From: Eledone cirrhosa
Lineage: Eukaryota
NCBI GenBank assembly: GCA_964016885.1
Contig: OZ024761.1
Span: 11,656,001-11,720,000, forward strand
Length of the DNA stretch: 64,000 bases
Reading direction: 5' to 3'
The notes under the pieces were generated by a model. It was not told where the DNA came from. It did no database searches and saw only the letters and a program-made list of their open reading frames with translations. A program made the translations under genes and the position numbers. Within the stretch, counting starts at the first letter, position 1; each line of letters begins with the position of its first letter. Below are positions 1 through 13,752 of the stretch, piece by piece.

Positions 1-541
1 ATATATATCGAGAGAGAGAGCTACACACACGTATATATATGTGTGTCTGTATATATATATATTTGTTAGGTAATTCCGAAGGAAAAAAGAGTGCTCTATG
101 CATAGAACAGAGTTATTATACACACACATATATATAGATATATATATAGATATATATATATATATGAAAAGTATAGAAATTATTGTAGCAAGAAGCCAAC
201 AGTATTCCATAATATATATAAGTGACTATAGCATCAAAATGGAAAAATAGTTAACGTAAGATGTGGGAAAATAATTCAAACTCATATATATATATATATA
301 TTATATATATAATATATATATATATATATTATATATATATTATATATATAAAGAGAGAGAGAGAGAGAGAGAGATAATACATTTCTTTCAAAATAAAGCG
401 TCATCTATTAGTACCGCACATAGAATTGCGTGCGCACTTTCATAAACACACACAGTTCTGTATTCATTAAACACACACACCCATATATATATATATATGG
501 GGGCGGTGTAAACATACACGCGAATGTACATGTGTGTGTAC

Positions 542-605
<64 letters not shown>

Positions 606-999
606 GTACACACGTTCAATTGTGTGTGTGTGTGTGTGTTGGTTTACGTAAGTATCTCTGTGTGTTGTTTAACATCAGACCAGCTCAGATTCAGCAGATA
701 TATTATCCTAGACCTTCCAAAAGTGACCATCCCGTCTTCTATATTTCGTATACATGGCTATATTGTTAAATGTGTCTTTCCATTTTTTTTAAAGAGAGAA
801 AGAGATCAGGGGATTTGGCTGCTATTTCTAGCATTAAGATTGACCACGCAGATGTTCCTGGTTCGCTCATATATGTATGTGTATGTATATGTATGTGTTT
901 ACGAGTGTGTATGTATGTGCATAAGTGTATTGCGTGTGTGTGTGTATGTGTATCAGTGTATGTATGTGTAAGTGTGTGTATCAATGTATATATGTGTGA

Positions 1000-1037
<38 letters not shown>

Positions 1038-1316
1038 CAGTGTATGTATGAATGTGTGAGTATGTGTATCAGTGTATATATGTGTGAGTGTATATATATA
1101 TATGTATCAGTGTATGTATGAATGTGTGTGTATGTGTGAGTGTGTATCAGGGTATATATATATATATATATATATATACATTTTACTGTCATTTCTATAA
1201 TACGAAGAGGGTGTTTTACTCCAACACGCTCCGGTATTTTAACCCTTATATATATATATATATATATATGTATCAGTGTATGTATGAATGTGTGAGTGTG
1301 TGTATCAGTGTATATA

Positions 1317-1349
<33 letters not shown>

Positions 1350-2431
1350 GTATCAGTGTATGAATGTGTGTGTATGTGTATTGACGTTCTTGTCAAACAA
1401 TCGACAAGACTTGGACAAGTACCACAACACTAGACACACAGCAAATCTATTCAAACGAAACGAATCCCTGTTTACAAATTTAAGGAGGGAAAGCTTTGAA
1501 ATTTGTAAAAAATTTATGAGGGAATGGTAAGAAAAAAAATTAAGGGAATTTGCCCCCTTAATACGAGCATGGCAAATGAACAACCAGCTAAATAATATAC
1601 CAAGTGATTAACTCTAATAATTTGTGTGTATGTCAGTGGTGGGTTTTAACCCTCTTCCCCTTTTTATGGATAATTTTGTCAATATATGAACCCTAAAAAG
1701 GGTTTTCTTTTCAAACTATAAAGGCTATAAGACAACATGCTTTAAAAGTACAGTTTACCGAAATGAAAATTTCACATTATTGACAAATAAAATGGTTCAA
1801 TTTTTGAGAGGAAAAAAAATATCCTTCGTTTATTTATCCTCTCCTTTTAAATGTTATTAGTTTTTCCATCCCCTTTGTAAACCTTTCTCTTTTATTTAAA
1901 ATATTCTTGTTCGGGTTTAGTAAGATAACACAAACACACACACACATATATATATATATTTATACACACATATATATACACATACACACACATGTATATA
2001 TATATATATATATATATATTTATACACACATATATATACACATACACACACATGTATATATATACATGTTTATATATAATACATATATATATGTGTAGAT
2101 TTATATAGAGAGAGATGTGTGTGTGTTTATATATATATATACAATCCAGGAATTATTCTCCTCCATTAACGCTTATCAATTTAGTTACTACACCAACAAC
2201 ACCAACAACAACAAAGGAATCCCATATTTTAGAGATACGAGAGGAAAAGAATGGTTTGAAAAATCAATCAAACCTGCCCGATTCCTTCTCACGTGGTCCT
2301 TTTTGTTTTAAAGGGGTTTAAACTTCAACATACATACATATATACGTTCCTTGATATATATACATTCATCATATGATATATAAAAATATATATATATATA
2401 TATATGAAGAACGTGTATATCATGTACATAT

Positions 2432-2473
<42 letters not shown>

Positions 2474-2547
2474 CACCCATTAAAAACGACATTTCCATTC
2501 TCAAATATATTATTTCTTGAACACATCATAAGTAAATGGACAATAAC

Positions 2548-2621
<74 letters not shown>

Positions 2622-3185
2622 GTGACACTCCAGATGATTTCATATGAATGAAACAGTTCTAGTCCTGTAGAATTCTCTCTCTATATATATATATTAAATT
2701 AATACCTAATATATCTATCTCTATATAAATATATATAAAGAAAAAGAGAGAGAGAGAGAAGAGATACACGCATAAATATGTGCGTTTATTAATATGGATA
2801 AAATAATTTTTGATTAGGGAAAAAATGTGGTACATATACATACATATATATATATATATACATACATTTATATACATATATACATTTATATACATAAATA
2901 TATATACATATACACATACATTTATATACATATATACATTTATATACATAAATATATATACATATACATATATATAAATACATACATATATATATATATA
3001 TATACATATATATAAATACATACATATATATAAATACATACATATATATATACATACATATATATAAATACATACATATATATATACATACATATATATA
3101 TACATACATATATATATATATATATATACACATTTATATACATATATATATATGTGTGTATATATATATGTGTGTGTGTGTGTAT
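1..3185. repeat. Region dense in (TA)n/(TG)n/(CA)n microsatellites
   Basis: Direct reading; the source of many spurious YI/CV ORFs. Confidence 0.9.
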
Positions 3186-3208
3186 AATATAAACAAAAGT
3201 GACAAACC

Positions 3209-3482
3209 TGCAGTTGGTCTGGGTGAGACTGGTGCACGTGATTGTGTGGGGCAACAGGCCCCAGGCTCGTTGGGGCCGTTGTCAGGGAGTACTACCGTTG
3301 TTGTAGGGGCCATCCCTAAGACGGGTGACGGGGAGTTTGTCGACCCGACACAGCTTGGGGGGCCCGGCGACGATGGCGTGGTGGAAGATGTACAAGACTC
3401 CAGCGGCGATAACGGTGATGAAGAAGAGATGTTAATATTGCTGCTACTACTGTTGTTGTTGTTGTTAGTGGTGGTGGTGGTG

Positions 3483-3513
<31 letters not shown>

Positions 3514-3542
3514 AGGTGATACCGGTGCTGGTGTCGGTTCTA
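3209..3542 (-). CDS. Candidate exon of an unidentified downstream gene (Ser/Thr/Pro-rich)
   Basis: Open minus frame ...[73 protein letters not shown]; CAG|gtttgt donor; pyrimidine tract plus aaacag upstream; GC-rich and non-repetitive. No family recognised. Confidence 0.35.
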
Positions 3543-5174
3543 CTGTTTGTCGTGGTGATGGAGGGGGGAGAAGAAGGAAGAAGAAACAGTATTGGTAGTA
3601 GTAGTAGTGGTGGTGTTAGTAGTTATAGTGGTGGTGGTGGTGGTGTCGGTAATGGCAGCACTATAGCTGCTGCTGCTATTGCAGTTGGTGGAGGAGGTGG
3701 TGGTGGTGGTGGAGGAGGATGTAGAGTCGATCTGATGCTGCTGAACGTGAAGAAGATGATGATGATGATGATGATAATGTTGTTAGTGATTATTATTATT
3801 TTTATTATTACTATCACTATTATTATTTATGTTGATGACGATGATGATGATGATGATGTTGAGGGAGGTTGTGATGTTGGCGATGATGATGATGATGATG
3901 TTGAGGGAGGTTGTGATGTTGGCGATGATGATGATGAAACTGCTGCTGCTGTTGGTGGTGTGTAGCAGAAGAGTGGATGATACCAGCGAGGGAAAAAGGG
4001 AAGGAGAAGCTGTAGATGTAGGCAGCAGTGGGAGTGAATAGTGAAGGGGAGGAGGTGATGAGGTTAGACAAGCGAGAATAGGCAGTGGTTGTAGTGGTGG
4101 TGGTGGTGGAGGCAGTGGTTGTAGTGGTGGTGGTGGTGGAGGCAGTGGTTGTAGTGGTGGTGGAGGCAGTGGCTGTAGTGGCGGTGGTGGTGGAGGCAGT
4201 GGCTGTAGTGGCGGTAGTGGTGGAGGCTGTAGTGGTGGTGGAGGCAGTGGCTGTAGTGGTGGTGGAGGCAGTGGCTGCAGTAGCTGTTGTAATGGTGCTG
4301 ATAATGTTGGCAGTGGTTGTAATGGTGTAGTTGTTAAGCGCGGCGGCGATGGCGATATCACTAGCAATAATACCACCTCCACCACCAGGCCCACCCTGTA
4401 AAGTGGTCATAATGCTGCCATGACAACACAGCACCCAGTCCACCCCGTAAAGTGGTCGTACTGGTGCCACAACAAAAAACACCCAGCCCACCCTGTAAGG
4501 TGGTCACATTTGTGCCATGACAACGCAGCACCCAGTCCACCCTGTAAAGTGGTCGTAACTTTATAAATACATACATACAAAGCAATTTTGCTGAACACGG
4601 GTGTAATTCAAACAGACTAACATTGATGGAAATGTTTAAAAAGAGACTTGACTCTTTTGAATTACCGAAACGAATAAGTTTCATTTTAACGTTACAACTT
4701 TTAATTTAACCAAATGTTTAGATAACATCTTCTGTAGATTTTGTTTACACATCTGAACATTTCATTGGAAATGCAAACATAATTATAGAAAAAAATCGGC
4801 TGTGAATTTAAAAAACAAACCCGAAAGAAACGTCCAGTTTACATTTGAAATGAAAAATTTTACACTTGAAACAAAATATATTTAAAACTTCATGTATATT
4901 GAAAAGTAATTATATTTTAAAAGCACGCTTATTGGGAAAACGATAAAAATAATATTTAGTTAATACCGAAATAGCCACACTTTAACAAAACACATTCGTT
5001 TCGGTAATTGAAGAAGAAACCAAAGTTTTAGATATTAGTTTCATTTTTGATTATACACGATTTCGGCAGGGATACTTGCTCAAATATATATATGAAAAAT
5101 GGCGTGCTGCGTGGTTGCAAATGGGTTCCATATATATATACATACACAGAGAAAAATAAAAACCTATATATATA

Positions 5175-5470
5175 TATGAAAAGATTCAGGGGCCCCGACG
5201 GCTGAGACACGGAAAACCGGCGATTCAGTTCGGGTCTAGCTGTCGAAACGGCCGGAGCTCAGCCGTCGGGGCCCTGAATGTTTTCATATATATATATATA
5301 TATAGGTTTTTATTTTTCTCATGACAGGCTGAATGAGTTGGGGCCCAGAACCCAACGAAACTTGAGTACCTGTTTATGTCACTATTATATATATATATAT
5401 ATATAGGAAAAGAGCCATGGCCCCCACGGGGGGTTGAGCTCCGGCCGTTTCGACAGCTAGACCCGAACAT
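5175..5470. mobile_element. GC-rich dispersed repeat forming fold-backs within (TA)n
   Basis: ctagctgtcgaaacggccggagctcagccgtcgggg also occurs at ~39165-39320, 40105-40220 and 50795-50895. Confidence 0.7.
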
Positions 5471-6979
5471 ATGTGTGTTTCACTTCAATAGATGTTTGAT
5501 ACAAAGAGTTGTTATAAAACTGAAAGACAGAAGAAATGAAAATAAGTGGGGACCTTACCACGTTTCTAACACTGTTACACAATACTGGCGAGTATTGTTA
5601 TAAAATATTGTCAACGTGGGGGTGTCATCGTTGTAAGGGAGGTAATAGAACAGCAGCTGTTGTTGCTGGTCAGTAGAGTGTCCAAGAGATGGTACAGTGT
5701 TAACAATAATGCTGTATAAATATGTGGTAGTGTTAACACCAATAATACTGTGTATGTATATATATATATATATATGGTACAGAGTTAATAGTGTGTGTGT
5801 GTCTATATATATATACATATGGTACAGGGTTAACAAAAATGTATCCATACTCCAGCATTCTAATATGTGCATACATTTTTCTGGTACACCCTGTATATAT
5901 GGTACAAGATCAACACCAATAATAGTGTGTATATATATATATATATATATTGAGTCTGCTCCCCACGAGTATCGAGTACTCATCTTGGTATACCGCCTAC
6001 GGACGCAATTAATTTGCACCTCTCATACCGATATATATACACACACACACACACATATAATATATATACACACACATATATATATATGGTACAGGGTTAA
6101 TATATTGTATGTATTTATTAAATAGCTGAGTTGGACGTAGTGAACATTATTTTACGATTTAAATATTGAACGATGACAAGAAAAACATGGCTATTTGTTT
6201 GTTTATTGAACGAAAATAATAATAAAGATATAGCTATTTATATATTGATCGGGTTAATGGAGATGTGTGGAGAATTGGTTCAAACTTTTACCTTGGTTTC
6301 TGAAAGATGATGAAAACATTACCCATCAGTCATTAGTGATAGGAGAGGGAGGAGAGGCGAGTATAAAATGGATTATAGAGAGGGGGTAAGCAAATATTAC
6401 ATGAATTAAAGGGAAGGTGTGAGAGTGAGCGACAGAGTATAACAGGAAATAGAGGGAGGGTGAATGAGATATATATATAGAGGGGGGGGGGGAATATAAC
6501 ATGAATTATATGGAGGGTGAGAGAGAGGAGTGAATGATTGTAGAGAGTAAAGGAAAGAGATATTAAAAAAAAATAAATATATGAGATAGGTAAGTGTAGA
6601 GAAAGAAGGAGAGAGGGGTAAGTGTAGAGAAAGAAGGAGAGAGGGGTAAGTGTAGTGAAAGAGAGAGAGAGGGGTAAGTGTAGTGAAAGAGAGAGAGAGG
6701 GGTAAGTGGAGTGAAAGAGAGAAGTAAGTGTAGTGAAAGAGAGGGGGGTAAGTGTAGTGAAAGAGAGAGAGAATGAGTAAAAATAGAGAAGGAATGAGAA
6801 GGGAAAAGAAAGTTCCCCTTTTTTCTTCTTTTGTTTTATTTAAAGAAAAGTCCGAATATAAGAGAAAGCCTTGTAAAGAAGGAACGAGGATATGTTTCAA
6901 AAGATCCCGTTATGGGTGAAAGCAGCGATTCTTTGCTTAAACTTTAATCTTATTTTAATAAATATAATATACACAATAC

Positions 6980-7355
6980 CCATCTTACGTCCATTCTTCC
7001 ATGCTAGCATGGGTTAGACGGGTTGTCCTGTTATGGGCAGTGCCAGGTAGGCTGACCTTGTCTTGCTCATATGGGAACTGATTCTGGCTTCATTTCTACA
7101 GCTGGATGCCCTTCCTAACACCAACCTCATTTACAGTGAGTGCTGGGTGCTTTTTTGCTGTGGCACCTACACGACCACTTTACAGTGGAATGATAGGGAC
7201 CCCAGTCCCTATCATCTCATTTCTACAGCTGAGTAAACTGGAGCAATGTGAAATAAAGTGTCTTGCGCAAGGAAACAACACATCACCCAGTCCGAGAATT
7301 AAACTCAATCTTTCGATTACAAACCGAATGCTCTAACCACTAAGCCATGTGCTTT
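6980..7355 (-). mobile_element. tRNA-headed SINE with RTE-derived 3' tail
   Basis: Minus strand reads tggcttagtgg (A box), then ccttg(c/a)gcaagacacttta core, then a tail closely matching the RTE 3' UTR. Confidence 0.78.
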
Positions 7356-7370
7356 CTGTACACACACACA

Positions 7371-7410
<40 letters not shown>

Positions 7411-7661
7411 TACTAAAATTATGAACGATACCTTACGGAGAAAATCCTAAGGAACATAAACCGTGGAATGTTCCACACCTGTCTAAGAAAAAGTCGGCAG
7501 ATTTTTGATCAACCAACTTCCTTCAACTGAATAAGTATATAATATATATATCTTATAAAGAACTGAAACTATAATCATCCTCAGTAGACAGCTGATGAGC
7601 AAGAACTGTTCATGTGTTTGTCTCCTATATATCTCACGTGTTTTGTTTTTTTAAATTATAC

Positions 7662-7706
<45 letters not shown>

Positions 7707-7884
7707 TCTTGAACTTTCTGCTTCTACAGATATTCTATCTTGTTCTAACACCACATCCCAATAAATCACCATAGTTACGTGTTATGCTTGTCCAGTAATA
7801 TATAAACTTTGTAGATTATATACATATCAAATTGATCTTATTGTAAGTGGAATTATTTTGAGAACAAGTCGAAGTGGAAGCATA

Positions 7885-8077
7885 TAGACAATATGTTCCC
7901 ACGGCAAAAAAAGCACCCAGCACTCACTGTAAATGAGGTTGGTGTTAGGAAGGGCATCCAGCTGTAGAAATCAAGCCAGAATCAGTTCCCATATGAGCAA
8001 GACCTTGACCACAACAGGACAACCCGTCTAACCCATGCTAGCATGGAAGAATGGACGTAAAACAGTGATGATGATGA
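7885..8077 (+). mobile_element. Isolated RTE/SINE 3' tail
   Basis: ggtgttaggaagggcatccagctgtagaaa...aacccatgctagc...(GAT)n. Confidence 0.75.
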
Positions 8078-8650
8078 TATATATACTGCCTGAATGTTTG
8101 GTTGTAATCACTAAAGAAAGAGCCCTCAATATGTAAACATAGTTAAATATATTATATTGTATAAAATACACGGCAAACTATAGTTTATATAATGTAGTGT
8201 ACATAGAGTGCGGCAAAAATATCTTCCACATTTTAACAGTTGATCATGTATATGGCAGGTGTTTCTGTCACACCCTGTATGTGTAAAATTGCCTCCCGTG
8301 TTTCGTTCGTTTCATTTAACTATGTATGGCCGACTGAATACACACAAATATTTTTCCATTCCTTCCTCTTCATATGCTGTTTCTCAATCCATCTTCTAAT
8401 GAAGGACCAGTGTCCAAAAGGTAAAGACTCTTTTCCTACAACTGAAATCTGAAATTAATATTTTACGAGGTAAAAAGATTCTATTCTCTTTTTATTAATT
8501 CTGATGATTCCAATCTTTTGTTTATTAAATTAATTGATAATTAATTATATATCCACTTAAGATTTGTAAGAAATGAGCATTAATTTATTAAAATGTAATA
8601 TAATCAACTGTTTTGGTCTTGTCTATCATTGTGTCCACTTTTCTCTATTT

Positions 8651-9036
8651 CATCTGCCTGTCACCCCCCCTTGTGGGTTGTCTCTCTGTTGATCACTGGC
8701 TGCTGGTCTGTCCTCTGGGGCATTATATATCATCTGCCTGTCACCCCCCTTGTGGGTTGTCTCTCTGTTGATCACTGGCTGCTGGTCTGTCCTCTCGGGC
8801 ATTATATATCATCTGCCTGTCACCCCCCTTGTGGGTTGTCTCTCTGTTGATCACTGGCTGCTGGTCTGTCCTCTCGGGCATTATATATCATCTGCCTGTC
8901 ACCCCCCTTGTGGGTTGTCTCTCTGTTGATCACTGGCTGCTGGTCTGTCCTCTCGGGCATTATATATCATCTGCCTGTCACCCCCCTTGTGGGTGGTCTT
9001 TGTTGATCACTGGCTGCTGGTTTCTGTCCTCTCAGG
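8651..9036. repeat. 79-bp tandem repeat, ~5 copies
   Basis: catctgcctgtcacc at 8651, 8731, 8810, 8889 and 8968. Confidence 0.92.
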
Positions 9037-9992
9037 CATTTTTACCCATCGCTGTCTTTGACAACATTTAGATGAATTTTATCATTTTAATATATCAAAT
9101 GCACTCTCACTTCATCTCGATCAGAGACAACATTGTTTTAATTAGAATACATATAAGGATATAGATTCCATAACTCCTTGTGGAGTCGTAGAGGCACCAT
9201 TATATGGCATTGCTCGGACACTTTTAAACCTGGCGGAGTCAATTTTTTCTCTAGAGGAAGAATTGACCCCAGTACTGGACTGGGACTTTTTTTTTTTTAT
9301 CGACCTCAAAAGAATGAAAGGCAAAGTTAGCCACAGCAAGATTTAAACTGGCTGTAACTGGCCACTCATACTGATGTTAAGGTATTGTTCTCAAAATAAA
9401 TAATATCAAAACCTCATAGATTCAATATTATGTGAGGTAAAGCCTTTACCATGAAAATATAATAGTATATATATAGAGTAATGTAAATGGTAAAGGGTTA
9501 AATGTGTTGCCCTCGTCCCCACTAGGCAGACGAAAACAGCAGATAAGGGTTCTTGAGGACACAAAGTCTCAACAGTGACAGACATAAAAATGAAAGGGAC
9601 AGTCAATACTTGGTGTTTATTCATCCTTTGATTCCCTACAGTGTGTGGTGATGCCCACGGTTGTCACTGAAGCAATGAGGTCAGCCCGAGAGAAAGAACC
9701 ATATGTGCCATCCCCAGAAGAGTGACATAATTAACACTTCCTCAAGATACCTGTAATACAAGGGGGAGGAGGGGGGGATTTGACAAATAGAAGAAATAAT
9801 AAAAATAAAAAAAATACTTTTTAAAAACTTTTTTCTTTTTTTATTTTAATTTTTGTTTTGTTTTTACTGCAGAGATCTTTTAATAATACCCAGGTACACA
9901 CATACATAAACCTGTACCAGAAAGTTAACAGTACAGTATTCTCATAATACAGTATATACGCTCTTAAAAGAAATGTTTTTTAAAATGGATTT

Positions 9993-10078
<86 letters not shown>

Positions 10079-10124
10079 TATCAACCCTAAAATTAAGTTT
10101 ACAAAGTTAAACTATAGACAGACA

Positions 10125-10348
10125 TTAAACAACCTCTTCATGGTCTGTGCCCTGCTTATATGTGTTGAGTTTTGCGAGTAGTTCATCAGCTTCCTCGCTG
10201 GTCTTCACTCGTAACAACAGTGGGACCAGCTTATTTTCAGTGTCCTTCATCAACGGAGGGTTCGGAATGCACACAAAACTTACATTGTTCTTCCCTTGTC
10301 TCATAAGCTGCATCGATGGTAACAGCATTACATTCAGAAGAATGTTTC
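10125..10348 (-). CDS. NUP50: Nup50 last coding exon (GNILLNV...GKNNVSFVCIPNPP...LLRVKTSEEADELL...*)
   Basis: Matches the Nup50 C-terminus (GNILLNV, GKNNV..VC.PNPP, RVKTSE.ADEL). ttttgcag| acceptor, TAA at 10127-10125. Spliced CDS totals 1413 nt. Confidence 0.95.
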
Positions 10349-10496
10349 CTGCAAAAGAAGAGAAGAAATGCTGTCAATATAATCTAGTTTAGTTTGTTTT
10401 TTTTGGTATGGGGCGCCGTATTGACATACAGCATTTCTTGGGCATTTCAAGCCTGGGGGACACATCTCTTTCCATGCCTGAGATCAGTATATTTCT

Positions 10497-10542
<46 letters not shown>

Positions 10543-10557
10543 AAGAGAGAGAGAGGA

Positions 10558-10897
10558 AGAATCGACCCCAGTACTAGACTGGTACTTTTTTTAAAATCGA
10601 CTCCGTAAGGATGAAAGGCAGAGCTAACCTTGGCAGGATTTGAACTCAGAACGTAAAGAGCCGTAACTCTATGGTGCAAAGCATGTTCGACGCTCTACCG
10701 ATTCTGCCCCCCCCCCCCCACAGTTTCTACTTTTGGGACAAGGCCAGCAATTACCCAGTACATTACTGGTACTTTATTTTATCGACCCTGTAAGGATGAT
10801 AGCCAAAGTTAACCTCGACGGGATTTGAACTCAGACCGTAAAGGGACGTAACTATGCTAAAAAGCATGGCGTCCGACCCTCTATAGTTACTGCCAAT
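10558..10897 (-). mobile_element. Two tandem copies of the Meta-domain-like SINE
   Basis: atcgac...taaggatga...ggatttgaactcag occurs twice. Confidence 0.78.
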
Positions 10898-11068
10898 AAT
10901 GATATATAATAATTCTTATGCTCTAAGGGCTTATATACTTTCTCTATTCTGCCAGTTGGGACCATCAGACAACATATTGGAGAAAGAAAGCAGACGAACA
11001 AAAATATGAGTGGGACAAGCTTTCATTTGACCAGTTTGTGCTACCTTTGGGTGAATACAAGTACACAT

Positions 11069-11102
<34 letters not shown>

Positions 11103-11627
11103 TGACTACACAAAGACTGATGACCTGTACTCATCCATATATACACTGACTACACACAGACTGATGACAAAGAGAAATGGTGTAAATATTGCAAGGGAGA
11201 TAACTCTACATTACAGCAGGAATCTATCTATCTATGACTACAGTCAATTGTCCAGAATTAGCTACACAGATTAACAGCAGTCGTACAGAACATATATAAA
11301 ATAAATTACTCTCATCCAACCCATTCAAACATAGAACATACATACACCAATATAGCCACTCTACAATGTTGTTTTTGTTTCTATTTCCCACCATATGTTT
11401 AGTTGGTAAATTCTTTCTGTAAACCCTTTAAGTGTTTTCATACCAAACTGTCTGAAACTGTCCTTGGTTCTATGAACTGGCAACAGCACATGACAAACAA
11501 ATGCCTGCGTAGAAAAGTCTTTGAGGTCCAGAAAGGGTAAAGAAAAAAAAGAAAAGGGGAGGCCAAGAACACTAGCTCTCTCTCCCTTACAAAGTGGTAA
11601 AAATAGAAAAAGAAACAATACACATAC

Positions 11628-11743
11628 CTAAGTTTGTGTCAGCGCGGATGATAAGCTGGGCTTTATCCTTGAATGGTTTCACGTGTAAGTTACCAATGCC
11701 TTTGTCAACCCAGTTTTTGTCTTTCTCATAAAACAGTTTACAT
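11628..11743 (-). CDS. NUP50: Nup50 coding exon 6, RanBD1 domain (CKLFYEKDKNWVDKGIGNLHVKPFKDKAQLIIRADTNL)
   Basis: RanBD motifs CKLFY, KG.G.LH.KP and QL..RADT.LG. gctgtag| acceptor, G|gtatgt donor; 116 nt, phase 2/1. Confidence 0.95.
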
Positions 11744-11959
11744 CTACAGCAGAGAGAGAAAGAGAGAGAAAGAGCTGATATTGACAGAACTGACATAAAT
11801 GTGATACAATTTATCAAATGGAACAGTGGTTGGTGCTAGGAAGGGACACAACAGGCTGTAGAAACCAAAACTAGGAATGCACAAGAGATGTGGTCACCTT
11901 GGCCAGCGAACTCTCAGAACATGACAACCAATGCAAGTTTGAGGACCTTTGCTCTATAT

Positions 11960-12140
11960 TTATGTCAATTTACTGCATTTATTCAGAAGCGTGGGAAGAC
12001 ACGTTGTCTCGTTCATTGATACCCTGCTGAGAGATGCCGACATTGATAACATCGATGAACTGAGAAATGTCATGCTCGACCGGGACAATTGGAGAAGGTG
12101 TGCTGAATCTTGGGCGAGTGTAAACTCGGCCGAAGAAAGA
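11960..12140 (+). mobile_element. Short LINE ORF 3' remnant
   Basis: GRHVVSFIDTLLRD...ELRNVMLDRDNWRR resembles non-LTR RT C-termini. Confidence 0.5.
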
Positions 12141-12381
12141 AGAATTAATAACAAATGGCAGGAGATCAATAAATTTCTGATATGGTATGGTCCTGTAACT
12201 CGTGAGGGAGTCGTAAGAGCACCATGTTGACATACAGTGTCTCAATGGTATTTTTTATTTCCTTTAAACTTGGCAGAGCCCATCTCTTCTCCAGGTCTGA
12301 AAACAGCAGATTTCTTCCAAAGTAGGATAGAGAGTAGGAGAACGAAAGTAAGAAAGAAATATAGAGAAAGATGTTTCTTAC

Positions 12382-12478
12382 CTTTTACTAAATACTGAAC
12401 CTTCTTCCTTGATCTCCTTCACTTCAGCTTTAGGGGGCACATATTCATCTTCTTCTTCAGTGGCCCTTCCTTTGGCAG
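12382..12478 (-). CDS. NUP50: Nup50 coding exon 5 (AKGRATEEEDEYVPPKAEVKEIKEEGSVFSK)
   Basis: gtctttcag| acceptor, AG|gtaaga donor; 97 nt, phase 1/2; PPK..V.E..EE entry into the Ran-binding domain. Confidence 0.92.
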
Positions 12479-12567
12479 CTGAAAGACAGGAACATCACAA
12501 GACAGCTTAAATGTGGTGTAGGGGGCAGAAATGGTGAACTAAATGAGCTGCAGTAATTATGTAACAC

Positions 12568-13141
12568 TATGTCATTAACCCTTTCATTACCATATTTCCA
12601 ATGAAAGACACTGTCTATGTCATTAACCCTTTCATTACCATATTTCTAATGAAAGACACTGTCTATGTCATTAACCTTTTCATTACCATATTTCTAATGA
12701 AAGACACTGTCTATGTCATTAACCTTTTCATTACCATATTTCTAATGAAAGACACTGTCTATGTCATTAACCCTTTCATTACCATATTTCTAATGAAAGA
12801 CACTGTCTATGTCATTAACCTTTTCATTACCATATTTCTAATGAAAGACACTGTCTATGTCATTAACCTTTTCATTACCATATTTCTAATGAAAGACACT
12901 GTCTATGTCATTAACCTTTTCATTACCATATTTCTAATGAAAGACACTGTCTATGTCATTAACCTTTTCATTACCATATTTCTAATGAAAGACACTGTCT
13001 ATGTCATTAACCTTTTCATTACCATATTTCTAATGAAAGACACTGTCTATGTCATTAACCTTTTCATTACCATATTTCTAATGAAAGACACTGTCTATGT
13101 CATTAACCTTTTCATTACCATATTTCTAATGAAAGACACTG
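12568..13141. repeat. 48-bp tandem repeat (~12 copies) of a TTAA-CCCTTT MITE left end
   Basis: Unit ctatgtcattaacc(c/t)tttcattaccatatttctaatgaaagacactgt; the MITE body continues to ~13270. Confidence 0.93.
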
Positions 13142-13752
13142 CTGATGGTTTTCAAATAATTTTGAAAATCATGAAGAATTTGGTAATATAACTTTCTCAT
13201 TATTAAGTTCGTGTTTGGAACATAACTTAACAAAGGTTCTTACATAAAATTATAATGGAAGGTTTCAAGATAAAAAGTATCAATGTCGGTGCCACGAGCA
13301 AATGTACCTGGTCCACATTGTAAAGTGGTAATGCAGGCACCACGAAAAACGCACCAGTACATGCTGTTAGGTAGTTGGTGATAGGAAGGGCACCCAACCA
13401 TAGAAACCATGCCAAAAATGGAATGTATGAACAAGATCAGGTTGTACCAACCTATGACAACCCGAACCAGTGAGGAAATCAGACATAAAATAATGATGTG
13501 TTCTTCATTTAACCCATTTGTTATTTCTAATGAAATACACTGCTAATGTATTTCAATTAATTTTGAAAATAATCAAAAATATGTGTGTGTGTGTGCCAGC
13601 ATGAATATGTGCGAGTGAGAGATTGTCTACCTGCTGCTGTTACTTCTGTTACCACCATCAACAACAACAATATTGATGGGCCCGTGGCAAATTATTCCAT
13701 TAACGAAATTGAGATTAATTGAATTTAAGTAATTTTGAATTGTATAATAATA

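Noticed and set aside
388-3254. Many YI/CV/HT-rich ORFs (also near 20.5, 25.0, 32.2, 38.5 and 49-50 kb)
   Set aside because: Translations of microsatellites.
3156-3965. 269-aa plus-strand ORF
   Set aside because: Starts in a microsatellite and is mostly poly-L/V/G/D; the splice signals favour the minus strand.
7592-7640. CTGATGAG as a hammerhead core
   Set aside because: No helix II or GAAA downstream.
12601-13191. 196-aa ORF of MKDTVYVINLFITIFL repeats
   Set aside because: By-product of a stop-free 48-bp unit; antisense within a NUP50 intron.
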